A stretch of 64,000 nt of DNA, from assembly GCA_965221695.1 (NCBI GenBank), contig OZ244905.1, positions 3,360,001-3,424,000 on the forward strand, written 5' to 3'. The stretch is from Gammaproteobacteria bacterium. GTDB lineage: Bacteria; Pseudomonadota; Gammaproteobacteria; Eutrophobiales; Eutrophobiaceae. Of the stretch, positions 47,443-55,983 are shown piece by piece. How positions within the stretch are numbered: the stretch's first letter is position 1; every line of letters begins with the position of its first letter. The translations under genes and the position numbers were made by a program. The notes below the pieces were generated by a model. It ran no database searches. It was not told the origin of the DNA and saw only the letters and a program-made list of their open reading frames with translations.

Positions 47443-49941
47443 ATGAAACTTAAAACCTGTTTGTTTACGCTGCTCACCATCTCCATCGCAGTCCCTGTGT
47501 ATGCCCAGGGGACGCTGGAGGAAATTGTTGTCACCGCGCAACGCAGGGAGCAGAACCTGCAGGAAGTGCCGGTCAGTGTCACCGCGTTTACCGGCGCCAC
47601 GCTTGAGAACCTGAAGATCACCGAAGCTTCCCAGTATTTGCAGATGACCCCCAACGTCAGTTATACCGAGGATGGGCAGGTAGGCGCACGCGGCATCAGT
47701 GTCGCGATGCGCGGTGTCAGCAATATCAATACGGACGAGAGCGCATTTATACAGTCGATCGGCGTCTACCTTGATGAATTCAGTGTCTCGGCGGTGGCCA
47801 ATGCCACGCTCAACCCGCAACTGCTGGACTTGGAGCGGCTGGAAGTGCTGCGCGGCCCGCAGGGCACTTATTTCGGCCGCAACTCGGTAGGCGGGGCGCT
47901 GAATATCCAGACCCAACGGCCGACCGATGAATTCGGTTACAAGATCATCGCCGGCGGGCGCGGGTATGAGACCACCGGTTCCCAGTGGGATGTCGGCGCG
48001 ATCGTGAACATACCTTTCAGTGACAACTTCAAGGCCCGCGCCGTGCTTTATTACGAGGACAATTCCGGCATCGTCAAGAACATCGTCCCGGGTGGTGGCG
48101 ACAGTGGCCACGACTTCGTGATGGGGCGCATCAATGCCGAGTTCACCCCTTCGGATGCGACCACCATCAACGTGACCTTCATGCGCACGGATGAGGAGCA
48201 GGGCATGGATGAGACGGTGCCCTCCGGTGTCTGGGATACCGACTCGGTGGCCACCTTTGGTCTAAACCGGCCTGATGGTTCAACGTTCAGTTCGGCCCTG
48301 GATGACGGAACCGGCTTCTGGCCCCAGAACCGCGACAAGGCCGCACACACGGCGATCGGCGAGCGCAACGACAACAGTTCGACCATCAGTATTCTCAACA
48401 TCTCCCACCAACTGACCGATGAAATCACGATCAAGTCGATTACCGGCCGGATCGATACCACCAATGAAAAGGTGTTTGACAACGATCTGGTCCCTGAAGA
48501 CCTGGTGAGACGTTACCAGGAAAGAAATGCCGAGTCTTGGAGCACCGAGTTGCGGGTGGAATTTTCCAATGAGCAGTTCGACTGGATTACCGGTTTCTTG
48601 TACGCGGAGGACCGGGTGTCCCAAGACCCGTTGGACGGCGCGCCAGGTGGCGGTCTGGGAGTTGTTAACGGTGTGACCACTTCCGCAGATGGCGGCATAT
48701 CGCTTGATCCGGTGCCGAGCGGGGATCCCTCTGAATCGAGAATTGTGGATTTTGTCGGACAGCTACCTCCACTGTTTCTTTCGCAGAACACGCCAGACGG
48801 GCAACCGCCGCTTTGCCTGGGTTGCGCGCTGAGAAACAATAAAAACGACAGTTGGTCAATATTCTCCGATATCACCTGGCATGCGACGGAACAATTGGAC
48901 CTGACTGTCGGTTTCCGCTACACGGAAGACGATATCTCCGCGAGAACCGAGGAGATTAATTTGTTTCGCAGACCGAGAATCGCCGATATGCCGGTATTCA
49001 CCGCCGGCGATACCTTTGATGATTTCACGCCGCGTTTCTCCATCGGCTGGCAGGCAACCGACGATATGAGGCTGTATGGCACGGTCTCCAGAGGCTACAA
49101 GGCAGGGGGATATACACTCGATTTTGACGGAGCTGCGCCTAACATGGGTATAGTCAGAGAAAAGTTTGATAAAGAGACACTCTGGAACTATGAGATCGGC
49201 CTCAGGTCCGAATGGTTCGATCGCAGGGTGAGACTGAATATCTCCGGATTTTATCTTGAGTGGAGTGATATGCAACTGGAAACGTTTTTCTTCGCAGTAC
49301 CGGGTGACGCCACATCAAATGTGGCGAAAACCATAAACGTCGATAAGGCCGAGGCAAAAGGCTTCGAGTTGGAACTGGCGGCAGCCCCGGCGGAACGTTT
49401 CCTGATTACCGCGGGACTGGGCTACACCGATTCGGAGATAACCAGTGATAATACTGCCAGGATCAGCGGCAACCTGGACGTTTCCCTCAAGGATCACCGC
49501 TTGCCTCGTTCTCCCGAGTGGACCTGGAACATGGCTGCTGAATACAGTTGGCCTTGGGACGGCAATGAAATGTATATCCGCGGTGAGTGGATTTACCGGG
49601 ACAGCCAGTTTTCCACCATTGAGGACGTGACCTATCGCCAGACCAGCGGTGCGCCTGTACTCAGGGATACAACAATGCCTGCAGTTGGAGACAATGTTAT
49701 AGGAGTCATACCAGACCGTTCCGACGGTTTCCCGTTCCGCTCGCCGGATTACCACCTGGTTAACCTGCGCGCCGGCGCTGTTCTCAATCAAAACTGGGAG
49801 TTGAATGTCTACGTGAACAACCTGTTTGACGAAGAATATTACACCGGCACCGGCGAAAACTTCGGCCTGAGCGGCTTCCGCCTGCGCCCGCATCCCCGTT
49901 ATTTCGGTGGCAGCGTCAGCTACAGCTTCGGCGGTATCTGA
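47443..49941 (+). CDS. TonB-dependent receptor
   Basis: Signal peptide, LEEIVVTAQRREQ, EVLRGPQGTYFGRNSVGGA, C-terminal beta strand YSF. Confidence 0.95.
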   Translation: MKLKTCLFTLLTISIAVPVYAQGTLEEIVVTAQRREQNLQEVPVSVTAFTGATLENLKITEASQYLQMTPNVSYTEDGQVGARGISVAMRGVSNINTDESAFIQSIGVYLDEFSVSAVANATLNPQLLDLERLEVLRGPQGTYFGRNSVGGALNIQTQRPTDEFGYKIIAGGRGYETTGSQWDVGAIVNIPFSDNFKARAVLYYEDNSGIVKNIVPGGGDSGHDFVMGRINAEFTPSDATTINVTFMRTDEEQGMDETVPSGVWDTDSVATFGLNRPDGSTFSSALDDGTGFWPQNRDKAAHTAIGERNDNSSTISILNISHQLTDEITIKSITGRIDTTNEKVFDNDLVPEDLVRRYQERNAESWSTELRVEFSNEQFDWITGFLYAEDRVSQDPLDGAPGGGLGVVNGVTTSADGGISLDPVPSGDPSESRIVDFVGQLPPLFLSQNTPDGQPPLCLGCALRNNKNDSWSIFSDITWHATEQLDLTVGFRYTEDDISARTEEINLFRRPRIADMPVFTAGDTFDDFTPRFSIGWQATDDMRLYGTVSRGYKAGGYTLDFDGAAPNMGIVREKFDKETLWNYEIGLRSEWFDRRVRLNISGFYLEWSDMQLETFFFAVPGDATSNVAKTINVDKAEAKGFELELAAAPAERFLITAGLGYTDSEITSDNTARISGNLDVSLKDHRLPRSPEWTWNMAAEYSWPWDGNEMYIRGEWIYRDSQFSTIEDVTYRQTSGAPVLRDTTMPAVGDNVIGVIPDRSDGFPFRSPDYHLVNLRAGAVLNQNWELNVYVNNLFDEEYYTGTGENFGLSGFRLRPHPRYFGGSVSYSFGGI

Positions 49942-49965
49942 TTAACGGGTTATATCGTCTTTTCA

Positions 49966-49993
49966 CCCTTGCCGGAATGGCTTCCGGCAAGGG
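49966..49993. terminator. Strong stem-loop downstream of the TBDR (terminator or mRNA-stabilising hairpin)
   Basis: CCCTTGCCGGAA-TGGC-TTCCGGCAAGGG; no U-tract follows, so intrinsic termination is uncertain. Confidence 0.45.
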
Positions 49994-50008
49994 CTGTAGG
50001 AGAAACCG

Positions 50009-50509
50009 GTGATACGGGTTGTCGCGCTAGCTATCCTCTTATTTTTGCCGCATACATTCAGTATCGCCGAGCAACCAGATGACATGAACACAGAGATAGA
50101 CCAACGCGCATTTGCGCTGGGTAGCTTGTCAGCCTTTGCCGAAATGGTCAGGGTCGGTGTCAAGACGTTGGCGTTAAGCGCTCCTCTCACGTCGGAAGAA
50201 ATGGACGATCTGGTGGCAGATGCAGAACACATTGCAAGGGAGGAGGGAGTATTGCTCTACCGCGAAGCGGACCTGATTGTCACCGACCTGTTCCCGGCTG
50301 ACGTGGCTGAGGGCAAGCACGTGTTGCTTATCTATAAGGGCGCGACACTGGAGACATACCTGGCCCTGAAAAAAAGGAAGTCCGAACTGATGGTCTCCGG
50401 TTCCTATGCGGGCGAGGCGCGCCGGGATATTGCCAGGCAATTCGGCAAGCTGCTCAGTTATCCCGACGCCAATATCGAAGAGCTGATAAACAAAAACCGG
50501 AACCCATAA
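50009..50509 (+). CDS. Hypothetical exported protein
   Basis: 166 aa, signal peptide, AGGAG RBS before GTG; AFAEMV..GVK.LALS.P and FGKLLSYP look like conserved blocks. Confidence 0.7.
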   Translation: MIRVVALAILLFLPHTFSIAEQPDDMNTEIDQRAFALGSLSAFAEMVRVGVKTLALSAPLTSEEMDDLVADAEHIAREEGVLLYREADLIVTDLFPADVAEGKHVLLIYKGATLETYLALKKRKSELMVSGSYAGEARRDIARQFGKLLSYPDANIEELINKNRNP

Positions 50510-50592
50510 TTTTCCGGCAGATGGCGCATCCATTCAGATGACGCGTACATTCTCCATTCTAATGGCATCCCAGTCGGCGGCCTCTATGTTAA

Positions 50593-50621
50593 GCAACCTC
50601 TGATTAAATCTCAGAGCTTTC
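50593..50621. repeat. Mini family-A element (29 bp, degenerate)
   Basis: TTAA followed by GCAACCTCTGA-TTAAATC-TCAGAGCTTTC, immediately upstream of kdgK. Confidence 0.65.
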
Positions 50622-50633
50622 TCTACTCAACCG

Positions 50634-51608
50634 ATGATTAATTGGAAGTGCGACGACCCGGCCAGGATCGGGGCCATCGGCGAATGCATGATCGAGAGCC
50701 GCGAGATAGAGTCAGCGTCAAGCTCTGCCCCCCGTACTCCCCGAACGTTTTCCGGTGATACGCTCAATATGTTGTGTTATATGGCAAGATTGCTGGACCG
50801 GGCCTACGCGGAACTGTTCTATATCACCGCAATAGGGATGGATGCCGCCAGCGCCGCGATGCTCGCGCACTGGGAGACGGAAGGAATCAATACCGCGCTC
50901 GTCAGGCGCTTACGTGACAGGTTGCCGGGCAGTTACACCATCGCGACCGGACGGGGAGGTGAACGCCGTTTCACCTATGACCGGGCTGAGTCCGCGGCGC
51001 GTGAACTGTTCTCAGATAATTATGCGGCAGATCTGTCGAAATCGCTGAAGGGGTTTACACTCTGCTACCTGTCCGGCATCTCGGTCGCGATCCTCCGTCC
51101 CGATGGCAGGGAGGCATTGTTGAACCTATTGCAGACATTACGCAGAGCCGGCGTGATAATCGTGTATGATCCGAATTACCGCGCAGCGTTGTGGGAGTCT
51201 GCCGGTGTAGCAAGGGACTGGGCCGGGCGCATATACGATGAAACAGATGTGGCCATGCCCGGTTTTGCGGATGAAAAAGCGCTGTTCGATGATGCCACGC
51301 CAGAGCATACATGTCACCGGCTGACCGGGCTGGGGATCGAGGAGGTGATAATGAAAAACGGTTCATTACCCTGCCTGGTTGCGACCGGGCAGGAAATTCG
51401 TCACTTTCCCGTGACGCGCCAGCCGCAGGTGGTCGATACCACGGCCGCGGGGGATTCGTTCAATGCCGGCTATATGTCAGCAAGATTGGTCGGCCGCGAT
51501 ATCGCCGCCTCAGTCCGGGCCGGGCAAATTCTGGCAAGCACGGTCGTGCAATACCCCGGCGCCATCATTCCCCGCGACGCGACCCCATCTCTGCATAGTA
51601 TTTGTTAA
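50634..51608 (+). CDS. kdgK: 2-keto-3-deoxygluconate kinase (PfkB family)
   Basis: IGECMIE, GDTLN, GER.F.Y.R..SAAR, SGI..AIL, DPNYR..LW, VVDTTAAGDSFNAG. Confidence 0.85.
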   Translation: MINWKCDDPARIGAIGECMIESREIESASSSAPRTPRTFSGDTLNMLCYMARLLDRAYAELFYITAIGMDAASAAMLAHWETEGINTALVRRLRDRLPGSYTIATGRGGERRFTYDRAESAARELFSDNYAADLSKSLKGFTLCYLSGISVAILRPDGREALLNLLQTLRRAGVIIVYDPNYRAALWESAGVARDWAGRIYDETDVAMPGFADEKALFDDATPEHTCHRLTGLGIEEVIMKNGSLPCLVATGQEIRHFPVTRQPQVVDTTAAGDSFNAGYMSARLVGRDIAASVRAGQILASTVVQYPGAIIPRDATPSLHSIC

Positions 51609-51622
51609 GGAAACTCTGAACA
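51609..51622. repeat. Solitary family-A inverted-repeat end
   Basis: GGAAACTCTGAACA begins at the base after the kdgK TAA (TTAA context) and runs into the GGAGG RBS of the next gene. Confidence 0.55.
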
Positions 51623-51637
51623 GGAGGCCTGAAAATC

Positions 51638-53002
51638 ATGCCATCACCCGAAAAAACCTGGTCGTCCAGGTTCACCTTCCTGTGCGCGATGGTCGGCGCG
51701 TCCATCGGGCTGGGAAATCTCTGGCGTTTCCCCTATGTGGCCGGAGAAAACGGCGGCGGCGCGTTTATCATCGTCTACCTGGTTATCATCCTGCTGCTGT
51801 GCGTCCCGCTGGTCATCGCGGAGCTGGCGCTGGGCCGGCGCGGCGGCAAAAGCCCGGTAATGACGATGGTCAACCTGTGCAGGGAAGGCCGGCATTCGGG
51901 TTTCTGGACGGCTATCGGCTGGTTGAGTATTCTCTCTCCGGTTATTGCCTTGTGCTTTTACGCGGTGGTTGCCGGCTGGTCGCTGGATTATGTCTTTTTT
52001 GCGCTGCGCGGCGAGTTTGTCTCCATCACGCCCGATAACGCGCAACAACAGTTTGCCGGACTGCTTGCGTCCCCCGAGCGTCTGACCCTGTGGTATACGT
52101 TGTACCTGGCAGCCACCGTATGGGTCATCGGCCTGGGTGTGCGGCGCGGGATCGAAGCCGTGACCAAGATTATGCTGCCGGCCCTGTTTGTGATGATCAT
52201 CATACTGGTGATCTACGGGCACATCGAAGGGGCGCCGGCGCGCGCCTGGCAATTCATGTTCAACCCGGACTTCTCCAGACTTACCTGGCAAAGCGTGCTG
52301 CTGGCGCTGGGACAGGCGCTGTTTTCCATCACCGTGGGCACCGGGGCGCTGCTGACCTACGGCGCGTACCTGTCCAGGGACATAACCTTGCCCGGCCCCA
52401 CCTGGACGATTGTGATCAGCGACACGCTGGCCGCGCTGTTATGCGGCCTGGCCGTGTTCACCATCGTGTTCGCGTCCGGGCTGGACCCGAGTGGCGGACC
52501 GGGACTGATGTTTGTTACCCTGCCGGTCGCGTTGGGAGCCATGCCCGCCGGCCATTTCTTCAGCGTGCTGTTTTTTGCCCTGGTGTTTTTTGCCGCGTTT
52601 ACCTCTTCCCTGGTCATGTTGGAACCCTTCATATCGTATATGGAAGACAAGGGTTACAAACGCGTTGCGATGTCGGCGCTCACCGGCTTCCTGATCTGGC
52701 TGGTCGGCCTCAGCGCGGTATTTTCGTTCAACGTGATAAAAGACTTCAAGCCCTTGTCGCTGATCCCGCTGTACCGCGACAAGAATATGTTCCACATAAT
52801 TGAATTCAGCGTGTCGAATGTGATGCTTCCGTTCACCGCGTTCCTGATCGCGCTGTTTGCCGGCTGGGTCATCTCCTCTGACCTGTTGCGTAACGAGATG
52901 GGTATCGGCAATAACCGGGTGTTCATGATTTGGAGATTGCTTACCCGTTATATCGCGCCGCTCGGAGTCGGCAGTGTCCTGGTGTTCGGGCTTGTCTCTT
53001 AA
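51638..53002 (+). CDS. Sodium-dependent transporter (NSS/SNF family)
   Basis: WSSR, GASIGLGNLWRFPY..GENGGGAF, ALGQALFS, GPGLMFVTLP. Confidence 0.93.
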   Translation: MPSPEKTWSSRFTFLCAMVGASIGLGNLWRFPYVAGENGGGAFIIVYLVIILLLCVPLVIAELALGRRGGKSPVMTMVNLCREGRHSGFWTAIGWLSILSPVIALCFYAVVAGWSLDYVFFALRGEFVSITPDNAQQQFAGLLASPERLTLWYTLYLAATVWVIGLGVRRGIEAVTKIMLPALFVMIIILVIYGHIEGAPARAWQFMFNPDFSRLTWQSVLLALGQALFSITVGTGALLTYGAYLSRDITLPGPTWTIVISDTLAALLCGLAVFTIVFASGLDPSGGPGLMFVTLPVALGAMPAGHFFSVLFFALVFFAAFTSSLVMLEPFISYMEDKGYKRVAMSALTGFLIWLVGLSAVFSFNVIKDFKPLSLIPLYRDKNMFHIIEFSVSNVMLPFTAFLIALFAGWVISSDLLRNEMGIGNNRVFMIWRLLTRYIAPLGVGSVLVFGLVS

Positions 53003-53031
53003 GGAACCTCTGACTTAATCTCAGAGGTTCC
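53003..53031. repeat. Mini family-A element forming the entire intergenic region between convergent stop codons
   Basis: TAA | GGAACCTCTGA-CTTAATC-TCAGAGGTTCC | CTA; a perfect 11-bp stem. Confidence 0.8.
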
Positions 53032-53985
53032 CTAATCTCTGCGGGATAATAATTTCCTGGACAAGCCGGGGCCGCGTCCGGGTTTGCTCCAGGGACAGAC
53101 CTGTATGCAGATCCCGCAGCCATAGGTGATGCTGAAATAGGGAACGCACTTATCAAAGTCCACGTACCATTTTTCCTCGCCACGCACCAGTTGTTTGCTG
53201 TCTGAAATGGCATCGGCCGGACAGTCTATGACGCAACGCCGGCAGGCGAGGCAGAGATCCTCAACACCGATATCCACGGGACCGTCAACAGCAAGGGGCA
53301 GGTCTGTCAACACGGTTGCCAGGCGGAGGTTGGCGCCCAGCTCCCTGTTGATCAGCGACCCGTGTTTACCCAGTTCGCCCAGGCCAGCCCTGATAGCAAG
53401 GGGGATATGCAGGATGTCGGCGCTCTCGCAATATGCTCTTGCAGGCCAGCCGAGTTTGCGAATCCAGGCTGCCACCCGCACCACGGTATCAGTGATCTGC
53501 GTGTAGGCGCGCAAGGTCTCGACTCCACCCTCTACGCCGGTCACGTGTTCCTCCATGAGATCGAAATCCATCCCGTAAGCAATGGAGACGGCATACTTGT
53601 AAGGCTGTTCGATATCATGAAACTGCGCATCTTCCGTGAACGTCGTAATGCCGACTGCATCAGCGCCGAACTTGCGCGCGATTTGCTTTACCTGCTCTGT
53701 CATGGCGCCGGCATCCGTCACCTCGATACGCTTGGTCGCGATAGCTCCATCAGCTTTGCGTAACAACCACCTTGAGAACAAGCCCCTGATAAATAATCTG
53801 AATGGCATTGTCATCAGGAAAAACAGTTCCAGCGCCCACCACTCCACCTCGCGGAAACCGGAACTGTGGAATATCGGTACCGGCCGGCGCTTTTCGGTTT
53901 CTCCCAGGCCGTTGATTTCATTGCCGGATTTCGGCTGGGAACGGTATTTGAAATGGTACGCCGGTTGCGGCCAGGCGTGCTTCAT
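53032..53985 (-). CDS. Reductive dehalogenase-like cobalamin / 2x[4Fe-4S] protein (RdhA/QueG superfamily), no Tat signal
   Basis: FGADAVGIT, LG.PARA, PLAIRAGLGELGKHG.LI, LRLATVLTDLPL..D.P, CLACRRCVIDCP, KW.VD..KC, CGICIQVCPWSK. Confidence 0.75.
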   Translation of the reverse strand: MKHAWPQPAYHFKYRSQPKSGNEINGLGETEKRRPVPIFHSSGFREVEWWALELFFLMTMPFRLFIRGLFSRWLLRKADGAIATKRIEVTDAGAMTEQVKQIARKFGADAVGITTFTEDAQFHDIEQPYKYAVSIAYGMDFDLMEEHVTGVEGGVETLRAYTQITDTVVRVAAWIRKLGWPARAYCESADILHIPLAIRAGLGELGKHGSLINRELGANLRLATVLTDLPLAVDGPVDIGVEDLCLACRRCVIDCPADAISDSKQLVRGEEKWYVDFDKCVPYFSITYGCGICIQVCPWSKPGRGPGLSRKLLSRRD

Positions 53986-54188
53986 TGCGGTTTATTCTCC
54001 AGCAAGTCCTCGAGGATGGCCTCGGTGTTCTCTTGTTGCGCCCGGCGGTAGGCGCGCCTGATCTTACGCCCCAGCGTAAACCAGAGCGCGAGGAAGGCAA
54101 AGCTGTCCAGCAACAGGGCAATATCCCGCCTGGCACGCTGTAGCAGTCCCGGATTGGTCAGGTAGAATTTCTCTTCGAAGGAAGGCAT
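53982..54188 (-). CDS. Small hypothetical protein with one hydrophobic helix
   Basis: 68 aa; ATGA overlap with the RdhA-like gene; its tail carries the GGAG RBS of that gene. Confidence 0.6.
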   Translation of the reverse strand: MPSFEEKFYLTNPGLLQRARRDIALLLDSFAFLALWFTLGRKIRRAYRRAQQENTEAILEDLLENKPQ

Positions 54189-54234
54189 AGTTGATAGAAT
54201 ACAGGATAAAGGCGTTGATAAGCATATAATGTTA

Positions 54235-54385
54235 GGGAACTCTGAACAAGTCCATCCTGGACTTGTCAGAGTACGGAAAACAAAAATGCGATTTTTGTTT
54301 TCCTCACAAAATCAATGCCTTACAGTCATTGATTTTGACGATACATCCTTGTATCGTAGGAACCTCTGACATAATCAGAGGTTCC
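54235..54385 (-). mobile_element. MITE-like element family A, full copy 2 (151 bp)
   Basis: Gap-free reverse complement of 45382-45532 with a few substitutions; TTA flanks on both sides. Confidence 0.88.
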
Positions 54386-54499
54386 TTAGCTCGTCTTGCT
54401 CCAAACTAACGGGCTCTATAGCCGGATTAACCATAGCAGCAGAGTTGAAAATAAGTCTGAAGGAAGCTGCAAGACATCTATTGTAAATGAGATGATCTA

Positions 54500-55708
54500 A
54501 TGAAAATCACCAGCGCCAAAGTCATCGTCACCTGCCCCGGCCGTAACTTCGTCACGCTCAAGATCGAGACGGACGCAGGCGTTTACGGGCTGGGCGACGC
54601 GACGCTCAACGGGCGGGAGCTGGCGGTGGTTTCTTACCTTGAGGAGCATGTTGTTCCCTGCCTGGTCGGGCGCGACCCGCGCCAGACGGAAGATATCTGG
54701 CAGTTCCTGTATCGCGGCGCTTACTGGCGGCGCGGCCCGGTGACGATGACCGCCATCGGCGCGGTGGATACGGCATTATGGGACATCAAGGCCAAGCTCG
54801 CAGACATGCCGCTGTACCAGTTGCTGGGCGGCAGCAGCCGCGCCGGAGTCATGGTCTACGGCCATGCCAATGGCGCGGATATCGACCAGACCGTCGATGA
54901 GGTGGGCAGGTATATCGACATGGGCTACAAGGCCGTGCGCGCCCAGAGCGGCATCCCAGGCCTCGCGTCCACCTACGGCGTGAGTAAGGACCGGCTGTTC
55001 TATGAACCGGCAGATGCGGACCTGCCGCAGGAAAATACCTGGTCCACGGAGAAATACCTGGATCACACGCCGTTACTGTTCGACAGGATCAGGCAGCAAT
55101 ATGGCTTTGACACGCACCTGCTGCATGACGTGCACCACCGCCTGACCCCGATCGAGGCGGCGCGCCTCGGCAAATCCCTGGAGGAATATCGGCTGTTCTG
55201 GCTGGAGGATGCGGTCCCGGCGGAGAACCAGGAAGGCTTCAGACTGATCCGGCAGCATACAGTGACCCCGCTGGCCCTGGGCGAGGTCTTCAATACCATT
55301 TGGGACTGCAAGGACCTGATCCGGGAACAATTGATCGATTATATCCGCGCCACCGTCGTCCATGCCGGTGGGATCACCCACCTGCGCCGCATCGCCGACC
55401 TCGCCGCGCTGTACCACGTGCGCACCGGCTGTCACGGGGCAACAGACCTGTCGCCGGTGTGCATGGGGGCGGCGCTGCACTTCGATACCTGGGCGCCGAA
55501 CTTCGGCATCCAGGAATACATGCGCCACACCGCTGAGACCGACGAGGTATTCCCGCATGCGTATACCTTCAAGGACGGCTTTCTGTATCCGGGCGACGCG
55601 CCTGGCCACGGTGTCGATATCGACGAGAAACTCGCGGCAAAGTTTCCTTACCGGCGCGCGTTCCTGCCGGTAAACAGGCTGGAAGACGGCACCATGTGGA
55701 ACTGGTGA
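54500..55708 (+). CDS. manD: D-mannonate dehydratase (ManD/RspA, enolase superfamily)
   Basis: MKIT...[52 protein letters not shown]. Confidence 0.93.
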   Translation: MKITSAKVIVTCPGRNFVTLKIETDAGVYGLGDATLNGRELAVVSYLEEHVVPCLVGRDPRQTEDIWQFLYRGAYWRRGPVTMTAIGAVDTALWDIKAKLADMPLYQLLGGSSRAGVMVYGHANGADIDQTVDEVGRYIDMGYKAVRAQSGIPGLASTYGVSKDRLFYEPADADLPQENTWSTEKYLDHTPLLFDRIRQQYGFDTHLLHDVHHRLTPIEAARLGKSLEEYRLFWLEDAVPAENQEGFRLIRQHTVTPLALGEVFNTIWDCKDLIREQLIDYIRATVVHAGGITHLRRIADLAALYHVRTGCHGATDLSPVCMGAALHFDTWAPNFGIQEYMRHTAETDEVFPHAYTFKDGFLYPGDAPGHGVDIDEKLAAKFPYRRAFLPVNRLEDGTMWNW

Positions 55709-55983
55709 CCAGCGATGGCGTGTGCGTTGTCTGCGGAACTGTATACGGCCGCCCAGGTACGGGAACTTGACCGCCTGGCGATCAAAGAGTGCGGCATCCC
55801 GTCGCTGACCCTGGTGGAGTGCGCGAGCGCCGCTGCCCCGTGGAACTGGTGACCTGCGATGGCGTGTGCGTTGTCTGCGGAACTGTATACGGCCGCCCAG
55901 GTACGGGAACTTGACCGCCTGGCGATTGAAGAGTGCGGCATCCCATCGCTGACCCTGATGGAACGCGCGGGCGCCGCTGCCCT
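55696..55983 (+). repeat. 144-bp tandem duplication spanning the manD stop codon and the nnr start
   Basis: Units 55696-55839 and 55840-55983; about 9 mismatches by manual comparison, no indels. Confidence 0.92.
55715..55852 (+). pseudogene. Chimeric mini-ORF (Nnr N-terminus fused to the ManD WNW tail)
   Basis: MACALSAELYTAAQVRELDRLAIKECGIPSLTLVECASAAAPWNW*; the conserved LMERAG has decayed to LVECAS. Confidence 0.6.

Noticed and set aside
50518-50551. Imperfect 17-bp tandem repeat CAGATGGCGCATCCATT / CAGATGACGCGTACATT
   Set aside because: Only two units with three mismatches and no further copies seen.
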